Below, piece by piece: positions 12,301 through 24,920 of a stretch of 64,000 bases of DNA (the stretch's first letter is position 1; each line of letters opens with the position of its first letter). This stretch comes from Octopus sinensis (Eukaryota), in NCBI RefSeq assembly GCF_006345805.1, contig NC_043005.1, forward strand, positions 71,424,001-71,488,000, in the 5' to 3' direction. The position numbers were made by a program, and so were the translations under genes. Under the pieces are notes generated by a model, which saw only the letters and a list, made by a program, of their open reading frames with translations, made no database searches and had not been told where the DNA came from.

Positions 12301-13030
12301 CTGGGTGACCCGAAAGTAGGTTTACAGTTATCGCATTCATATACCTTAAATCCTTGAGTATAATCCGCATTTTTTTCCCAAAATGTAATGGCCAAAATCC
12401 CTAGTGCGTACTATATACGAGGTTAAAAATGAAAATTATTTTCTTAGCAATGTCCAAGTCTCTATTTGCTTTCCGGCAATGTTTATTTAGACACATTTTG
12501 TGATGTCGAGGGTGAAAATACCTTAAGGTAAGCCTGAAAGCAATGAAGTCATAAAAGAATCATCCATAACTTGCAGTAAGCTACATTTATTGAATGTTAT
12601 TACTGTTATTTCTATATTTTCTGCAAACAAAATGCACAAAAAAGCTACACGTTTTCATGATGTAATATATACAATAATAATAAAGGACGTTACTGTATAC
12701 ATTTTTACAAACCAAGAACGTTATATAGACCTCCTTGACTCAAGTTAGAGAAGAGGTGCATATTATACACAAGGTTTAGGTTTTTCGGAGGTACAGCCCC
12801 CTAAAAATCCCCTGTGTATTATACTCAAGGGTGGACTATACTCGAGGATATAACAGTTTAGATCTTAATTATAAAAAAGTATGAAATCATTATTCTATGC
12901 TAATTTAGTTAATTTTGTCAAGCTCCCTTTTCAGTTTGTAAGATAGAAATTTAAATGTAATAAAACTTTTTTAAAGAAATTTAAAATGCCTACGTGATAA
13001 CTGTAAACCTACTTTTGAGGCCACTCTGTA
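12301..13030. mobile_element. Tc1-like MITE (about 215 bp) carrying a nested Tc1/pogo-like insertion at about 12344-12857
   Basis: Outer TIRs GGGTGACCCGAAAGTAGGTTTACAG / CTGTAAACCTACTTTTGAGGCCACTCTGTA; inner TIR-like CCTTAAATCCTTGAGTATAATCC / GGACTATACTCGAGGATATA; uninterrupted paralog at 21955-22170. Confidence 0.75.
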
Positions 13031-13509
13031 TAACAAAACAGCATAACAACAATGTAACAATCCAACAAACTCTCTATGAACTGTACACAAACCAACAAAC
13101 GATATTCCAACAAACTACCAAAATGATGTCTTATGACTTCCTGCGATTAACACCTACTCTGTTTCACTCAGACCACTTCTGTTTATAGTCATTCAGTCAA
13201 GTCTATTCTCACAGTGGGTCACTGTGACTCTTGCTACAACATATTTATATATTTATCATTGTAAATTTTGAACAGGAGGGACATCAGTTAGAGGTTGATT
13301 TCTAACAAGTCAATCACTTAATCACTGGTTATCTGATTGTGAGAATGACAAGGGAGTGTCAGTAAAGGGGTGCAGAGCAAATATTGAAAAGATTTTAATT
13401 AGAGAAAATTGTTTTGCTTCTTTCAATTTACCTTTTTAGCATTCAGATTATTATGTCGTTTTGAATTAATCATATATTATTTCAAAGCTTTAAGGTTATG
13501 ATAGTGGGA

Positions 13510-13734
13510 CTCTTTTACTCTTTTACTTGTTTCAGTCATTTGACTGCAGCCATGCTGGAACACCACCTTTAGTCGAGCAAATCGAGCCCAGGACTTAATC
13601 CTTGTAAGCCTAGTACTTATTCTACCGGTCTCTTTTGCAGGAACATAAACACACCAGCATCAGTTGTCAAGTGATGTTGGGAGGACAAACATGGACACAC
13701 AAACACACACACAACATATATATATTTATATATA

Positions 13735-13831
<97 letters not shown>

Positions 13832-13992
13832 TATGACAGGCTTCCTTCAGACTCTGTCTACTAAATCCACTCAAAGGCTTTGGTCGGCCCTAGGCTATAG
13901 TAGAAGACACTTGCCCAAGGTGACACACAGTGGAACTGAACCCAGAACCATGTGGTTGGTAAGCAAGCTATTTACCACACAGTCACACCTGT
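13510..13992 (-). mobile_element. SINE family A with expanded central (TA)n
   Basis: Reverse head and tail match. Confidence 0.85.
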
Positions 13993-14124
13993 TTATTTTT
14001 AGAATAACATTGTAGGGTAGGTGTGAGAGGCCAAATTTGGCCAGTTTGAACATAAAAAAGGTTGAATATTTGAGTCAGATATGGAGATATGGTCAGTTTG
14101 AATGCTAAAGAGCTACACAGCCAT

Positions 14125-14310
14125 GGCTGTGTGGTGGAAAAGCTTGTTTCTTGACCACATGGTTTAAAGTTCAGTCTCCTTGTGTGGCACCTTAGGCAAA
14201 TATCTTCTACTCTAGCCCTGAACTGACCAAAAGTATGTGAGTGAGTTTGGTAACAGGAAACTGTAAGAAGCCCATATGCATATGTACATATAAATGTGTG
14301 TGTGTGTGTG
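14125..14310 (+). mobile_element. SINE family A, 5' half
   Basis: GGCTGTGTGGTGGAAAAGCTTG...GGCACCTTAGGCAAAT. Confidence 0.75.
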
Positions 14311-14649
14311 TTTGGGCCGCTTTGTCTTTGTATCGCATAATGTTGGAAAATAAATGTCATTCATTTCCAATATTCTGTAAAAACATGTCTGACGATGGGG
14401 AAATATTGCCTTGCTTGGAAACAGGTAGGGGTTGACAATGGCAGGAATGGCATCTGGCCATAGAAAAATCTGCTTCAATAAACTCCATCTGACCCATGCT
14501 AGCATGGAAAAGCAGACATTAAAATGATGATGATGTTCACGACGACAATGAGGAGGAGGAGGAGGAGGTCAATATCTACAGTGTTCACAGATACACTCCA
14601 CCAAAAGATATGGACACACAAACGCAAGCACACACACACAGCGGATATC

Positions 14650-14830
14650 ATCATCACTGTTTAACGTCTGCTTTCCATGCTAGCATGGGTTGGACGATCT
14701 GACCGAGGTCTGGTGAACCAGATGGCTGCACCAGACTCCAATCTTGATCAGGCAGAGTTTTTACAGCTGGATGCCCTTCCTAATGCCAACCACTCTGAGA
14801 GTGTAGTGGGTGCTTTTACATGTCACCGGC
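14650..14830 (-). mobile_element. RTE 3' UTR tail (opposite-strand tail at about 14440-14540)
   Basis: GTTTAACGTCTGCTTTCCATGCTAGCATGGGTTGG...GGATGCCCTTCC. Confidence 0.8.
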
Positions 14831-15279
14831 ATCTGTCTGGATAATATCCAACAGCCAAATTCTTCCCAACAGGTATTTGTAAATCAAAGGATATGATTCA
14901 AGACATTTATCCAAAGTTCTCTGCAAAAGCATCAAGATCTGATCTTACATGGCTACAGAGTGAACTTCTCAATCAAATAGACATATATCTTATAAAGTTA
15001 ATGTCCTTTCTACTTATAGGCACAAGGCCTGAAATTTTAGGGGATGGAGTAAAATTACATCAACGCCAGCGCTCAACAGGTGCTTCCTTTATTAACCCTG
15101 AAAGGATGAAAAACAAAATCAACTTCAGCAGAATTTTGAACTCAGAATATAAAGACCGCTAAACTACCACTAAGCATGGCTCGCTGATGACTTTGCCAGC
15201 CAACCATCTTAATGATGATGACAATGGTGATGATGATGGCGATGACGATGGCACATAACAAAAGATGTAATTACACAGG

Positions 15280-16870
15280 TATCAAAACTGCCAAATTGGA
15301 GAGCAGCAGAGCCAGATGGAATCCAAGGCTACTGGCTCAAGTGGTTTAGGTCAAAGTATTAACAAATTGATTTGTAATTAGATGATTGCCTACAGAGTGG
15401 TGTGATTCCGGAATAGTTTGTAGAGGGGGAGACAACATTGTTGATGAAACATCAGTCAAAGAGCAATGAGATTGGCAATTACAGACTCATGACTTGCCTT
15501 GACCTCTTATGGAAAATGTTAACAAGCAATCTCACAGGAAAAAATATATGTTCTTGCAGAAAACAATCTACGTCCAAGAGAGCAAAAGGGATGCCAAAAA
15601 GGGTCCAAGGGCACTAAGGACCACCTTGGGATAGACAAGGTCTTAATGAAGAACCAAAACAACAGTACCAAAGTGGTACCAAAAAAATGGTATCAAAAAA
15701 ACTTGTGCATGGCCTGGATAGATATTGCAAAAGGCTTATGACATGTTGCCACATTCAAGGATCATGGAAACACTCAACATGTGTGGAGTAGCTGAGAATG
15801 TATGTGCACTAATCAAGAACAGCATGTTTAGTTGGAGAACACATCTTTTCTGCAACGACCAGCACTTAGCCAAGGTAACAATGTAAAGAGGTATCTTCCA
15901 GAGAGATTCTTGTTCACATTTGCAATTTGTTATAGCCTTGATCCCACTTTCTGTAGTTCTACACAAAATCAACGCACACTACGAGCTGAGGAAGAATGGG
16001 CTTTGTTTTAAACACCTTCTCTTCATGAATGATTTAAGACTGTTCACAAAAAACAGAGCCTGAAATGGAGAGGCTGGTTGCAGCAAAGTATGGGGATTGA
16101 ATTCAGGATCTAAAAGTGTGTAGTGCTCACTCTGAGATGGGCAAAAGGAGCAAAATGCAAGGGCATAAAATGGGACAACAACAAATGGGAAACCTGGATG
16201 ATGGTGAGTACTAGTACCTTGGGATTCTGGAGCTTGCACAGAGAAATGAAAATCAAGGTCACTGCTGCATATTTGAAGTACCTTAATTTTCTCTTGAAAT
16301 CGAAACTCTGTGCAAGGAACCCTGTGACTGCCATCAACATATGAGTAGCAGTTGCTGTAGTTCACTATAGTGCACCCATTCTAAAATGGACACGAGTGGA
16401 GGTTGACCAATTTGATTGCACTACTTGAAAGATGATGGCAATGCATGGTGCTCTTCACTCTAAGGTAAACATACACAGGTTGTAAATGAAGAGTGGTAAA
16501 GATAGATGTGGCCTGATTAATGTACAGGAGGGCATCAACAGTAAAAGAAGAAACAGGACATAGTATTTGGTAAACAACAAACAAGACCTGCTACAGTACA
16601 CTGCTAATGCAGAGGGATTTATCGTATATGGTGTTGAGAGGGCTAAGGAATTCTGATCACAAATAGCCAATGAAAGAGAGTAAACATTATTTCGCATGGA
16701 ATTACATGGTCAGTTCCACCATGAGGCTAACAATTTAAATGACCAGGAAACATCATGGATGTGGTTCAGTAACGGTGACCATAAGAAGTGGACTGAAAAC
16801 CTAATCCTTCTTACCCAGGACCAGGCATTAAATATCAATGCCGTGAAAAGGAATGTATGTTACAGAAATA
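15280..16870 (+). mobile_element. decayed non-LTR reverse transcriptase, R4/Dong-like
   Basis: Manual translation across frameshifts gives PDGIQGYWLKW, EQKGCQKGSKGTKD, CMAWIDIAK.YD.PHS.I, RGIFQRDS, IALIPLS, HLLFMNDL.LF; many stops. Confidence 0.65.
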
Positions 16871-16874
16871 TATA

Positions 16875-17735
16875 TTTCTTTACTGCCCACAAGGGGCTAA
16901 ACATAGAGGGGACAAATGAGGACAGACAAAAGGACTAAGTCGATTACATCGATATCAGTGCAAAACTGGTACTTTATTTATCGACCCTGAAAGGATGAAA
17001 GGCAAAGTCAACCTCGGCGGAATTTGAACTCAGAACGTAATGACAGACGAAATACCTATTTCTTTACTACCCACAAGGGGCTAAACACAGAGAGGACAAA
17101 CAAGGACAGACAAATGGATTAAGTCGATTACATCGACCCCAGCACGTAACTGGTACTTAATTTATCGACCCCGAAAGGATGAAAGGCAAAGTCGACCTCG
17201 GCGGAATTTGAACTCAGAACGTAACGGCAGACGAAATATGGCTATGTATTTTGCCCGGCTTGCTGCCTTTATGTTACACAAAAATAATGAATCACTGCAG
17301 AATGTGTAGGAAGACTGGCAGATTTGGGGGAGGGTCTAAGTCAATTACCTCAACCCCAGTGTTCAACTTGAAATTATTTTATTGACCCCAAAACAATAAA
17401 AAGGCAAAGTCAACCATGGTGAATTTGAACCCAGAACATAAATATGGATGAAATGCTGCTAAGAATTTTTGTCCAGGGTGCTAACAATTTAGCCAGCTTA
17501 CCTATTTCTTTATTACCCACAAGGGGCTAAACACAGAGAGGACAAATAAGGACAGACAAATGGATTAAGTCGATTATATCGACCCCAGTGCGCAACTGGT
17601 ACTTATTTAATTGACCCCAAAAGGATGAAAAGCAAAATTGACCTTGGCAGAATTTGAACTCAGAACGGAACAGCAGACGAAATACCGCTAAGCATTTCAC
17701 CCAGCGTGCTAACAATTCTGCCAGCTCGCCGCCCT
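16875..17735 (-). mobile_element. SINE family B, tandem array of about four partial or full units
   Basis: Repeated reverse complements of TTCTGAGTTCAAATTCCGCCGAGGTCGACTTTGCCTTTCATCCTTTCGGGGTCGATAAATTAAGTACCAG (resembles a Meta/Nin-type central domain). Confidence 0.85.
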
Positions 17736-18315
17736 TTGTTTTTTTTTTTTTTGCAAGCTAATCCTGACGCAATACAGGCAGCTTACCACCTTCCCAGAGA
17801 GCTAATATCAAAATTTACAAACCACCAAAATGTATTCAATTAGTAGTCCTTTATACCCATTTTTTTTAAAATCAAGTATTGAAGTGCAATTTTATGATAA
17901 TGTCAGTTTTTCAATAATGAAATTTTATTATACGAAGCAGAAATTATTGTTAAAGCTTTCTGGTGAGACTATTAGCAAGTATTATATATGTTAGGGATTT
18001 TATTTGTCTGATTTCCCACTGTGCTTCATTATGTATACTGAAAATTCCATTCCATATTCGTAAATGATTTCCTTTCTTACAAAGTATCTAATCAGTTATT
18101 TTTAATATTAATATTTTCTGTTCTATTAGAAAATTTTCTATATTCTTATATACTATTATTCATAAGAGCTGTCTTGTTTCTGGAAATTTCTTTTGCATAT
18201 GTATGGGGTACTAATGAAGCAGTTCTTTAGTCTATATCACCCTTGGGTAGTTGTGTACTCTGATGAGGTTTCTCTAGCATATGGTATTATTCCTGCACAC
18301 TATTCTAATGTTGTT

Positions 18316-18748
18316 AAGGCAGTGAGCTGACAGAAACATTAGCACGCCAGGCGAATTGCTTAGCAGTATTTCATCTGCGGTTACATTCTGAGTTCAAATT
18401 CCTCCAAGGTCGACTTTGCTTTTCATCCTTTCAGGGTCGATAAATTAAGTACCAGTTACGCACTGGTGTCGATGTAATCGACTTAATCCCATTGTCTGTC
18501 CTTGTTTGTTCTTTCTATGTTTAGCCCCTTGTTGGGAAATAAAGAAATAAGAAACATTAGCGCACCAGGTTAAATGCTCAGCAATATTTTGTCTGTCTTT
18601 ATGTTCTGAGTTCAAATTCTGCCACGGTCAACTTTGCCTTTCATTCTTTCAGGGTCAATAAATTAGGTACCAGTTGCATACTGGGGTCGATCTAATCGAC
18701 TGGCCTCATCCCCCAAATTTCAGGCCTTATGCCTAGAGTAGAAACAAC
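18316..18748 (+). mobile_element. SINE family B dimer with 15-bp TSD
   Basis: Two units; TATTCTAATGTTGTT at 18301-18315 and 18749-18763. Confidence 0.85.
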
Positions 18749-18854
18749 TATTCTAATGTTGTTGGTGGTGGTGGTGGTGATAGTAGTGTTTAGTCTCAGG
18801 CATGTTTGATGCAACAAGTTTTTAATCAAATACACTCCACCCATACCAATCTCA

Positions 18855-19068
18855 TTTCTTTAATAATAATAATAATAATAACAACAACAACAACATCGAA
18901 AAATACCTTGGGAATGAGAACCCAGGTTCAAAATTGCCCCAAGACACGTGATGAAGGCTGGAGGGTATATCAGCCGAAACGTTGTGTTAACAATAGACTA
19001 GATGAGGACAAATATCTGTCAAATGTAAATAATGTACATAATTCCTCATTTCTTAACTATAGAACTGT
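18855..19068 (+). mobile_element. 5'-truncated copy of the tRNA-headed hammerhead element
   Basis: (AAT)n/(AAC)n, CATCGAAAAATACCTTGGGAATGAGAACCC, HHR motif 18943-18988, 3' end TATAGAACTGT. Confidence 0.85.
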
Positions 19069-19199
19069 CATTTATTTTTATTTTGATGCATAGAGTATCT
19101 TCTAGATGTACATTATGCACCAAGCGCCTACATTAGAGGGTTTTTCAGTGCTACAGACCAAAATTACATGATGTGGAAATTCCCACATCCTTCAAAATC

Positions 19200-19865
19200 A
19201 CTGATATGGCTGATGACAGTGCCACCTGATTGGCACTTGTGCCAGTTGAACGTTAAAAGAACATCCAAACGTGGGGGTAACCGGCCAACTTATGCGTATC
19301 CCTCATTCACTGGGCAATGAACTTTGCTTGCAAAGACCTATTGAGGCAAGTGTAAACAAATAAAAACCACTGACGTGGCCAATGACAGTACCACCTGATT
19401 GACACTCATGCCAGTGAAACATTAAAAGCACATCCGAGTTTGATAGTTGCTAAGGTCACGGATTGGCTCCCATGCTGGTGACACGTGAAAAGCACCATTC
19501 GACCAGTACATGTGCCTCACTGGCACATGTAATGGTGGCATGTGAAAAACAACATTCAAGCATGGTCGTTGCCAGTGCTGCTGGACTAGCTGTTATGCAG
19601 GTACCACATAAAAACACCTTTGAGCATGGTTATTGCCAGAACTGCCTGACTTGCCCTCATGCCAGTGGCATCTAAAAGCACCCACTACACTCTGAGTGGT
19701 TGGTGTTAGGAAGGGCATCCAGTTGTAGAAACTTTGCCAGATCAGATTGAGCCTGGTGCAGCCTCTGGCTCACCAGTCCTCAGTCAAACCATCCAACTTA
19801 TGTCAGCATGGAAACTGACATTAAACAATGATGCTGCTAATGATGATGATGATAATGATGATGAT
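19200..19865 (+). mobile_element. RTE 3' UTR, long copy with subrepeats
   Basis: GACCTATTGAGGCAAGTG marker and GGTGTTAGGAAGGGCATCC tail, (GAT)n end. Confidence 0.75.
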
Positions 19866-20151
19866 AGACCAAATTTCATCTACTATGATCTATGTGCATG
19901 CTTTTGTGCACCAAGCACCCATATGAGAAGATCTCTCAAGGTTAATAATGCAGCATTCGGTATTCTAACAAGACATCCATGTTATGGTAGATATAAAGAT
20001 TACCTTTTGATAATAATACAGTTTCTAAGGCAGCAAGCTGGCAGAATCGTTAGCACGTCAGGCGAAATGCTTAGCTGCATTTCGTTTGCCGTTACATTCT
20101 GAGTTCAAATTCCACCGAGGTGGACTTTGCCTTTCATCCTCTCAGGGTTGA

Positions 20152-20550
20152 TAATAATAATAATGAAATTATTGTATACAGTGCTCAGGTGCACCACAAC
20201 TTGTCAAAAGTGCGTATAAAGTATATGCAGTAATGTACAAATGTCTGGGAAGTGATCAGTGTATGAGTCAGATACATGCTTGCATGTGTATGGAGGGGAG
20301 AAAACCGGGTGTTGTGTTGGCGAATCTCAGAAAGCATGGAAGTTTTGAAGGATGCAGTGCTCTGACAACTAACAACTGATGCCGGCAGTTTGTTCCATGC
20401 TTCAGCAACTCTTAGTGTGAAAAAATGTTTCCAAAAGTCATGGGAGCTGTGCTGTTTTCTGACTTTGTAAACATGTCCACGAGTGTTAGACAGGTGGAGT
20501 TTGAAAAGGTGCTCAGAGCTATTGTTTGTAAGATGGTTAATAATTTTATG
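20152..20550 (-). mobile_element. CR1/L2-like LINE 3' end inserted into a family B SINE (20030-20150 and 20555-20645)
   Basis: Minus-strand translation YKIINHL...TRGHVYKVRKQHSSHDFWKHFFTLRVAEAWNKLPASVV...FKT; (ATT)n tail. Confidence 0.75.
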
Positions 20551-20844
20551 GGTGTCAGCTGTCGAGTACCAGTTGTGTACTGGGGTCGATCTAATTGACT
20601 GGTCCCTTCCCCCAAAATTTCAGTTTTGCACCTATTGTAGAACGGGTGCTGATGCAGCTTTTGTCACTAATCATATATTATCCAAAATGAAACTGCTTTA
20701 TTTTAAGAGTTTAGACTATTATCAGAGGACGAATTAGCTGTTGTTTTCAGCAAGTCTAGCAGTTGTGTAGAGGCTTGATCATTGGCAGTATATTTACTGC
20801 TCTACTTTTCAAGTATATACAGAAGGGAGAGGGTTGAGGATGCT

Positions 20845-21270
20845 AAACTGTAGTAGTAGTAGTAGTGGTGGTGGTGGTGGTGGTGGTGTAGGAGGAAGAG
20901 GAGGAGGGATATGGTGGTGATGGTGGAGGAGGAGGAGGGGCATGTGGTGGTGGTAGTAGTGGTAGTGGGAGAAATGGTGGTGCCAATGGTAGTGTAGTTG
21001 GAGGAAGGGGGTGTGGTGTGGTGTGGTGGTGCTGGTAGTAGTAGTAGGAGTGGGGGAAATGGTGGTGCCAGTGGTGGTGGAGGAAGCGGAAGGAGATGTG
21101 GTGTGGTGGTGCTGGTAGTAGTAGTGGGGGAAATGGTGGTGCCAGTGGTGGTGGAGTTGGGGGCAGGAGATGTGGTGTGGTGGTGCTGGTATTATTATTA
21201 TTATTATTATTAGTAGTAGTAGTAGTAGTAGGGGAGACAGTGACGGCAGTGGTGGTGGTGGCAGCAGCAG
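20845..21270. repeat. G-rich (GGT/GGA/AGT)n low-complexity tract with reiterated subunits
   Basis: Direct reading; GGGGAAATGGTGGTGCCAGTGGTGG-like unit recurs about three times. Confidence 0.9.
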
Positions 21271-21954
21271 CAGTAACAGCAGTAGTTGATTTATTATTGG
21301 ATTGCTGCAGAATTGAGAAAATCTTATGGTTTGATGTTGCTAACCCCAGGTCTGCCCTTTCTCAAACAGGCCTATGATCAAAGGTGACCCAACCACAATC
21401 AATATAAGTCTTTTTATTATCTTGTGCGTCTTTTTCTTTTAAAGACAAGAGGTTGTGAATTGAGGGAAATTTGGTTGCTATATCTAACAACTTCAGTAAC
21501 TGCATAAAAGTTTCCATATTGGTATGGCATACTTTGAAAAAGGGGTTACGAAGCATCATATATCAGTCCCCTTTATGAAATAATTGATAACTTATCGACC
21601 CTATGATGTAAACTTCTAAAATAAAGTTAAAAAGTATCTTTTATCAGTTGTCTGTTTCACTCATTAGACTGTGGCCATGCTGGAGTATCATCTTGAACTA
21701 TTATTTTTAGTCAAATGAATCGACCCCAGTACCTATATTCTTTTAAGGCCTGTTACTTATTCTATCAGTCTCTTTTTGCTAAGTTACATAAGTTACAGGG
21801 ACATAGACAAACCAACACTGGTTGTCAAGCAGAGGTGGGGGATAAAAACAGACACATACATACATACATACATACATACATACATGTGTGTGTGTGTGTA
21901 TGTACACATATGTATATATATATGTATGTATGCATGTATATATATATATATATG

Positions 21955-22165
21955 TGTAGGGTAGCCTAAAGTAGGTTTACAGTTATTCAACTATCTCTTT
22001 CGCATTCATATATTAACGCTTTAGATCTTAATTATAAAAAATACGAAACCATTATTCTATGCTAATTTAGTTAATTGTAAGATAGAAATTTAAATGTAAT
22101 AAAATGTTTTAAAAGAAATTTAAAGTGCCTACATGACAATTGTAAACCTACTTTGGGCCACTCTG

Positions 22166-22170
<5 letters not shown>
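21955..22170. mobile_element. Tc1-like MITE, uninterrupted copy
   Basis: TIRs AGGGTAGCCTAAAGTAGGTTTACA / TGTAAACCTACTTTGGGCCACTCTGTA; TA flanks. Confidence 0.75.
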
Positions 22171-22203
<33 letters not shown>

Positions 22204-22639
22204 CAGGGTTGGCCAAAAGTCACCCGACAGTAAATCAAACTTCCAGAAATAGATATGACACATTAACATAATTCTTGATCTGCTATTTAATGAGCTGAAC
22301 TGTTTCCTGGATACTTTACTTGGCATCAAATCAATTAAGAACAGAGAATGGTTCAAAGATAAGACTCCAAACTTAAACCAAAATCAACCAAAAAACAGAA
22401 TCGGTAGGTTTGGTGATCTGCCATTCTAAGCTAAGCAGGAAAATGGTAAGTTTGGCAATTCCAGTAATAAGATTAAATTATTTTTGGTTAGAATAAAATA
22501 TTCTTAGACTTTAAACTACAAGTGTAAATTCTTTCCAATATTTCACTTTCACTTATAAAAGTCATTGGACTGTGGCCATGCTGGGGCTCTGCCTTGAATG
22601 GTATCAGCTAAACAAATTGTTCCTAGTACATTTATTCTT

Positions 22640-22821
22640 TTATTTGTTTCAGTCATTTGACTACGGTCATGCTGGAGCACCACTTTTAGTCGAAGAAATT
22701 GACCCCAGGACTTATTCTTTGTAAGCTTAGTCTCTTTTGCCGAACTGCTAAGTTATGGGGACGGAAACACACTAATATCAGTTGCCAAGTGATGGTTGTC
22801 AAATGATGGATAAACACATAT

Positions 22822-22862
<41 letters not shown>

Positions 22863-23012
22863 TACGACAGGCTTCTCTCAGTTTCCGTCTACCAACTCCA
22901 CTCACAAGGCTTTGGTTGGTAGAAGACACTTGCCCAAGTTGCTATACAGTGTGACTGAATCCGGGACCATGTGGTTGGTAAGTAAGCTACTTACCACATA
23001 GCCACTCCTGCA
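22640..23012 (-). mobile_element. SINE family A
   Basis: Reverse match, head to tail. Confidence 0.8.
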
Positions 23013-23399
23013 CCTATAAAAAGAAAACCTCAGTGGGATTTGAAATCAGAATGTAGAGCATTAAAATGTACATAACAAAAAGAATTTTTCTCTGATGCTT
23101 TAACCATTTAGCCAACTCGCCAGTATTTATGTTTTAAAAGCTTGGTATCAGTTTAGCTGAAAACAGAGAATGGTTAAAACATGGGACCCTAAACCAAACC
23201 AAAACAACTGTAAAAGGAATCAGTATGTTTGGTGACCTGCCATTCTAAGCTAAACAGGGACCAGTAAGATAAACAGGGACTGGATGATCCCAGTAGTAAG
23301 ATTAAATCATCTCTGATAAAAATTAAAGGTTAAATCTTAATCTTTACATTTACAAATTTTATGTAAATTCTTGACAATCTTTCACTTGTTCCTGTGTCA

Positions 23400-23800
23400 G
23401 TAATTGGATTGTGGCCATGCTGGGGCTCTGCCTTGAATGGTTTTAGCCAAACAAATTGACTCCGGTACTGATATCTTTTTTAAGCCTGGTATGTATTTTA
23501 TCAGTCACTAATGCTAAACTGCTAAGTTATAGGGATGTAAGCAAACCAATGCTTGTTGTCAAGCAGTGGTGGAGCAACAAACACAATAACACATGCACAC
23601 ACATATGCGCGCACACACACACATGCATCCACACTCACACACATGCATGCACACACACACACATGCACATACACACACATGCACACACATGCACACATAT
23701 TGGGCTCCTTTCACTTTAGGCTATAGCTGAAAACACTTGGGTCTGAACCTGAAACCATGTGGTTGGAAAACAAACTTCTTACCTCACAGCCACTCCTAGA
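23400..23800 (-). mobile_element. SINE family A, decayed
   Basis: GTGGCCATGCTGGGG tail; CACAGCCACTCC head. Confidence 0.65.
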
Positions 23801-24706
23801 TAATGACCCCAATACTTTCAAGAATCTTGCTCTAATGATAAACTCAAAAATATTTGAAGTTAGAATCTACAAATAAAAACCTCTTCAGTATTTCAGTATA
23901 GCCTCCAACACCATAAGGACATCTTCAGCGTGTTAATTATATTTGCAAAATCCATGGACAGAAGTAATGCCATGAACTTGAAAATATGGATTATTAAATA
24001 TTATAATGATGGAAACCTGGACAAGATTTTATAAAATCAATGTTGTATGTTTAAATTCCATCGTATCTTTAAATGACAGAATACTATGTGCATATGACAG
24101 TATACACTAAATTTACGAGATCCTACAGCTAGTCAAATTGATAACGTGTCAGATTGCCAGAATAAAATCCTACATTTCATACTGTATTACTGACACTCCG
24201 CTGTCATCGTGGCTTGTACACTTATCTCTCAAACAGAGCAATTTAACCTTACTGTAAATAGATTTCTGTAGCAGTGAGCTGGTAGAATCATTAGCATGTT
24301 GGACAAAATTTCTTCTGATCTCTGCATTCTGATTTCAAGTCTTACCAGGAGCAAACTCGCCTTTCATTTTTTTTTCTTCGGTTTAACAAAACAAAGCATC
24401 AGTCAAGTACTGTGGCTGTGTGGTAGGAAGTTTGTTTCTCAATCACATGGTTTTAGGCTCAGTCCCACTGCTTGGCACTTTGGGTGAGTGTTTTCTGCTA
24501 AAACCCTTGGGCTGACCAAAGCCTTGTGAGCGGAAATTGAAAAGAAGCCTGCTGTGTATATATATATATTATATATATGTTCTGAGTTCAAAGTCTTACA
24601 AAGAATTTGAACTCAGAAGGCAAAGACAGATAAAATGCCACAAGTTGTAAGCATGCTTGCAGTTCTGCCAGCTTGCCACCATAGATGCGATAATATTAAA
24701 TCTTTG

Positions 24707-24920
24707 AAGGTGGTGAGCTGGCAGAATCGTTAGCACACTAGGTAAAATGCTTAATGGTATTTCGTCTGCCTTTATGTTCTGAGTTCAAATTCCACTGAGG
24801 TTGACTTTGTTTTTCATCCTTTCAAGGTCGATAAACTAAGTACCAGTCACATACTGGGGTCGATCTAATTGACTGGCTTCCTTCCCCAAAATATTGGGCC
24901 ATGTGCCTAGAGTAGAAAAG
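24707..24920 (+). mobile_element. SINE family B with 15-bp TSD
   Basis: AATATTAAATCTTTG at 24692-24706 and 24921-24935; an opposite-strand family B head lies at about 24600-24682. Confidence 0.85.
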
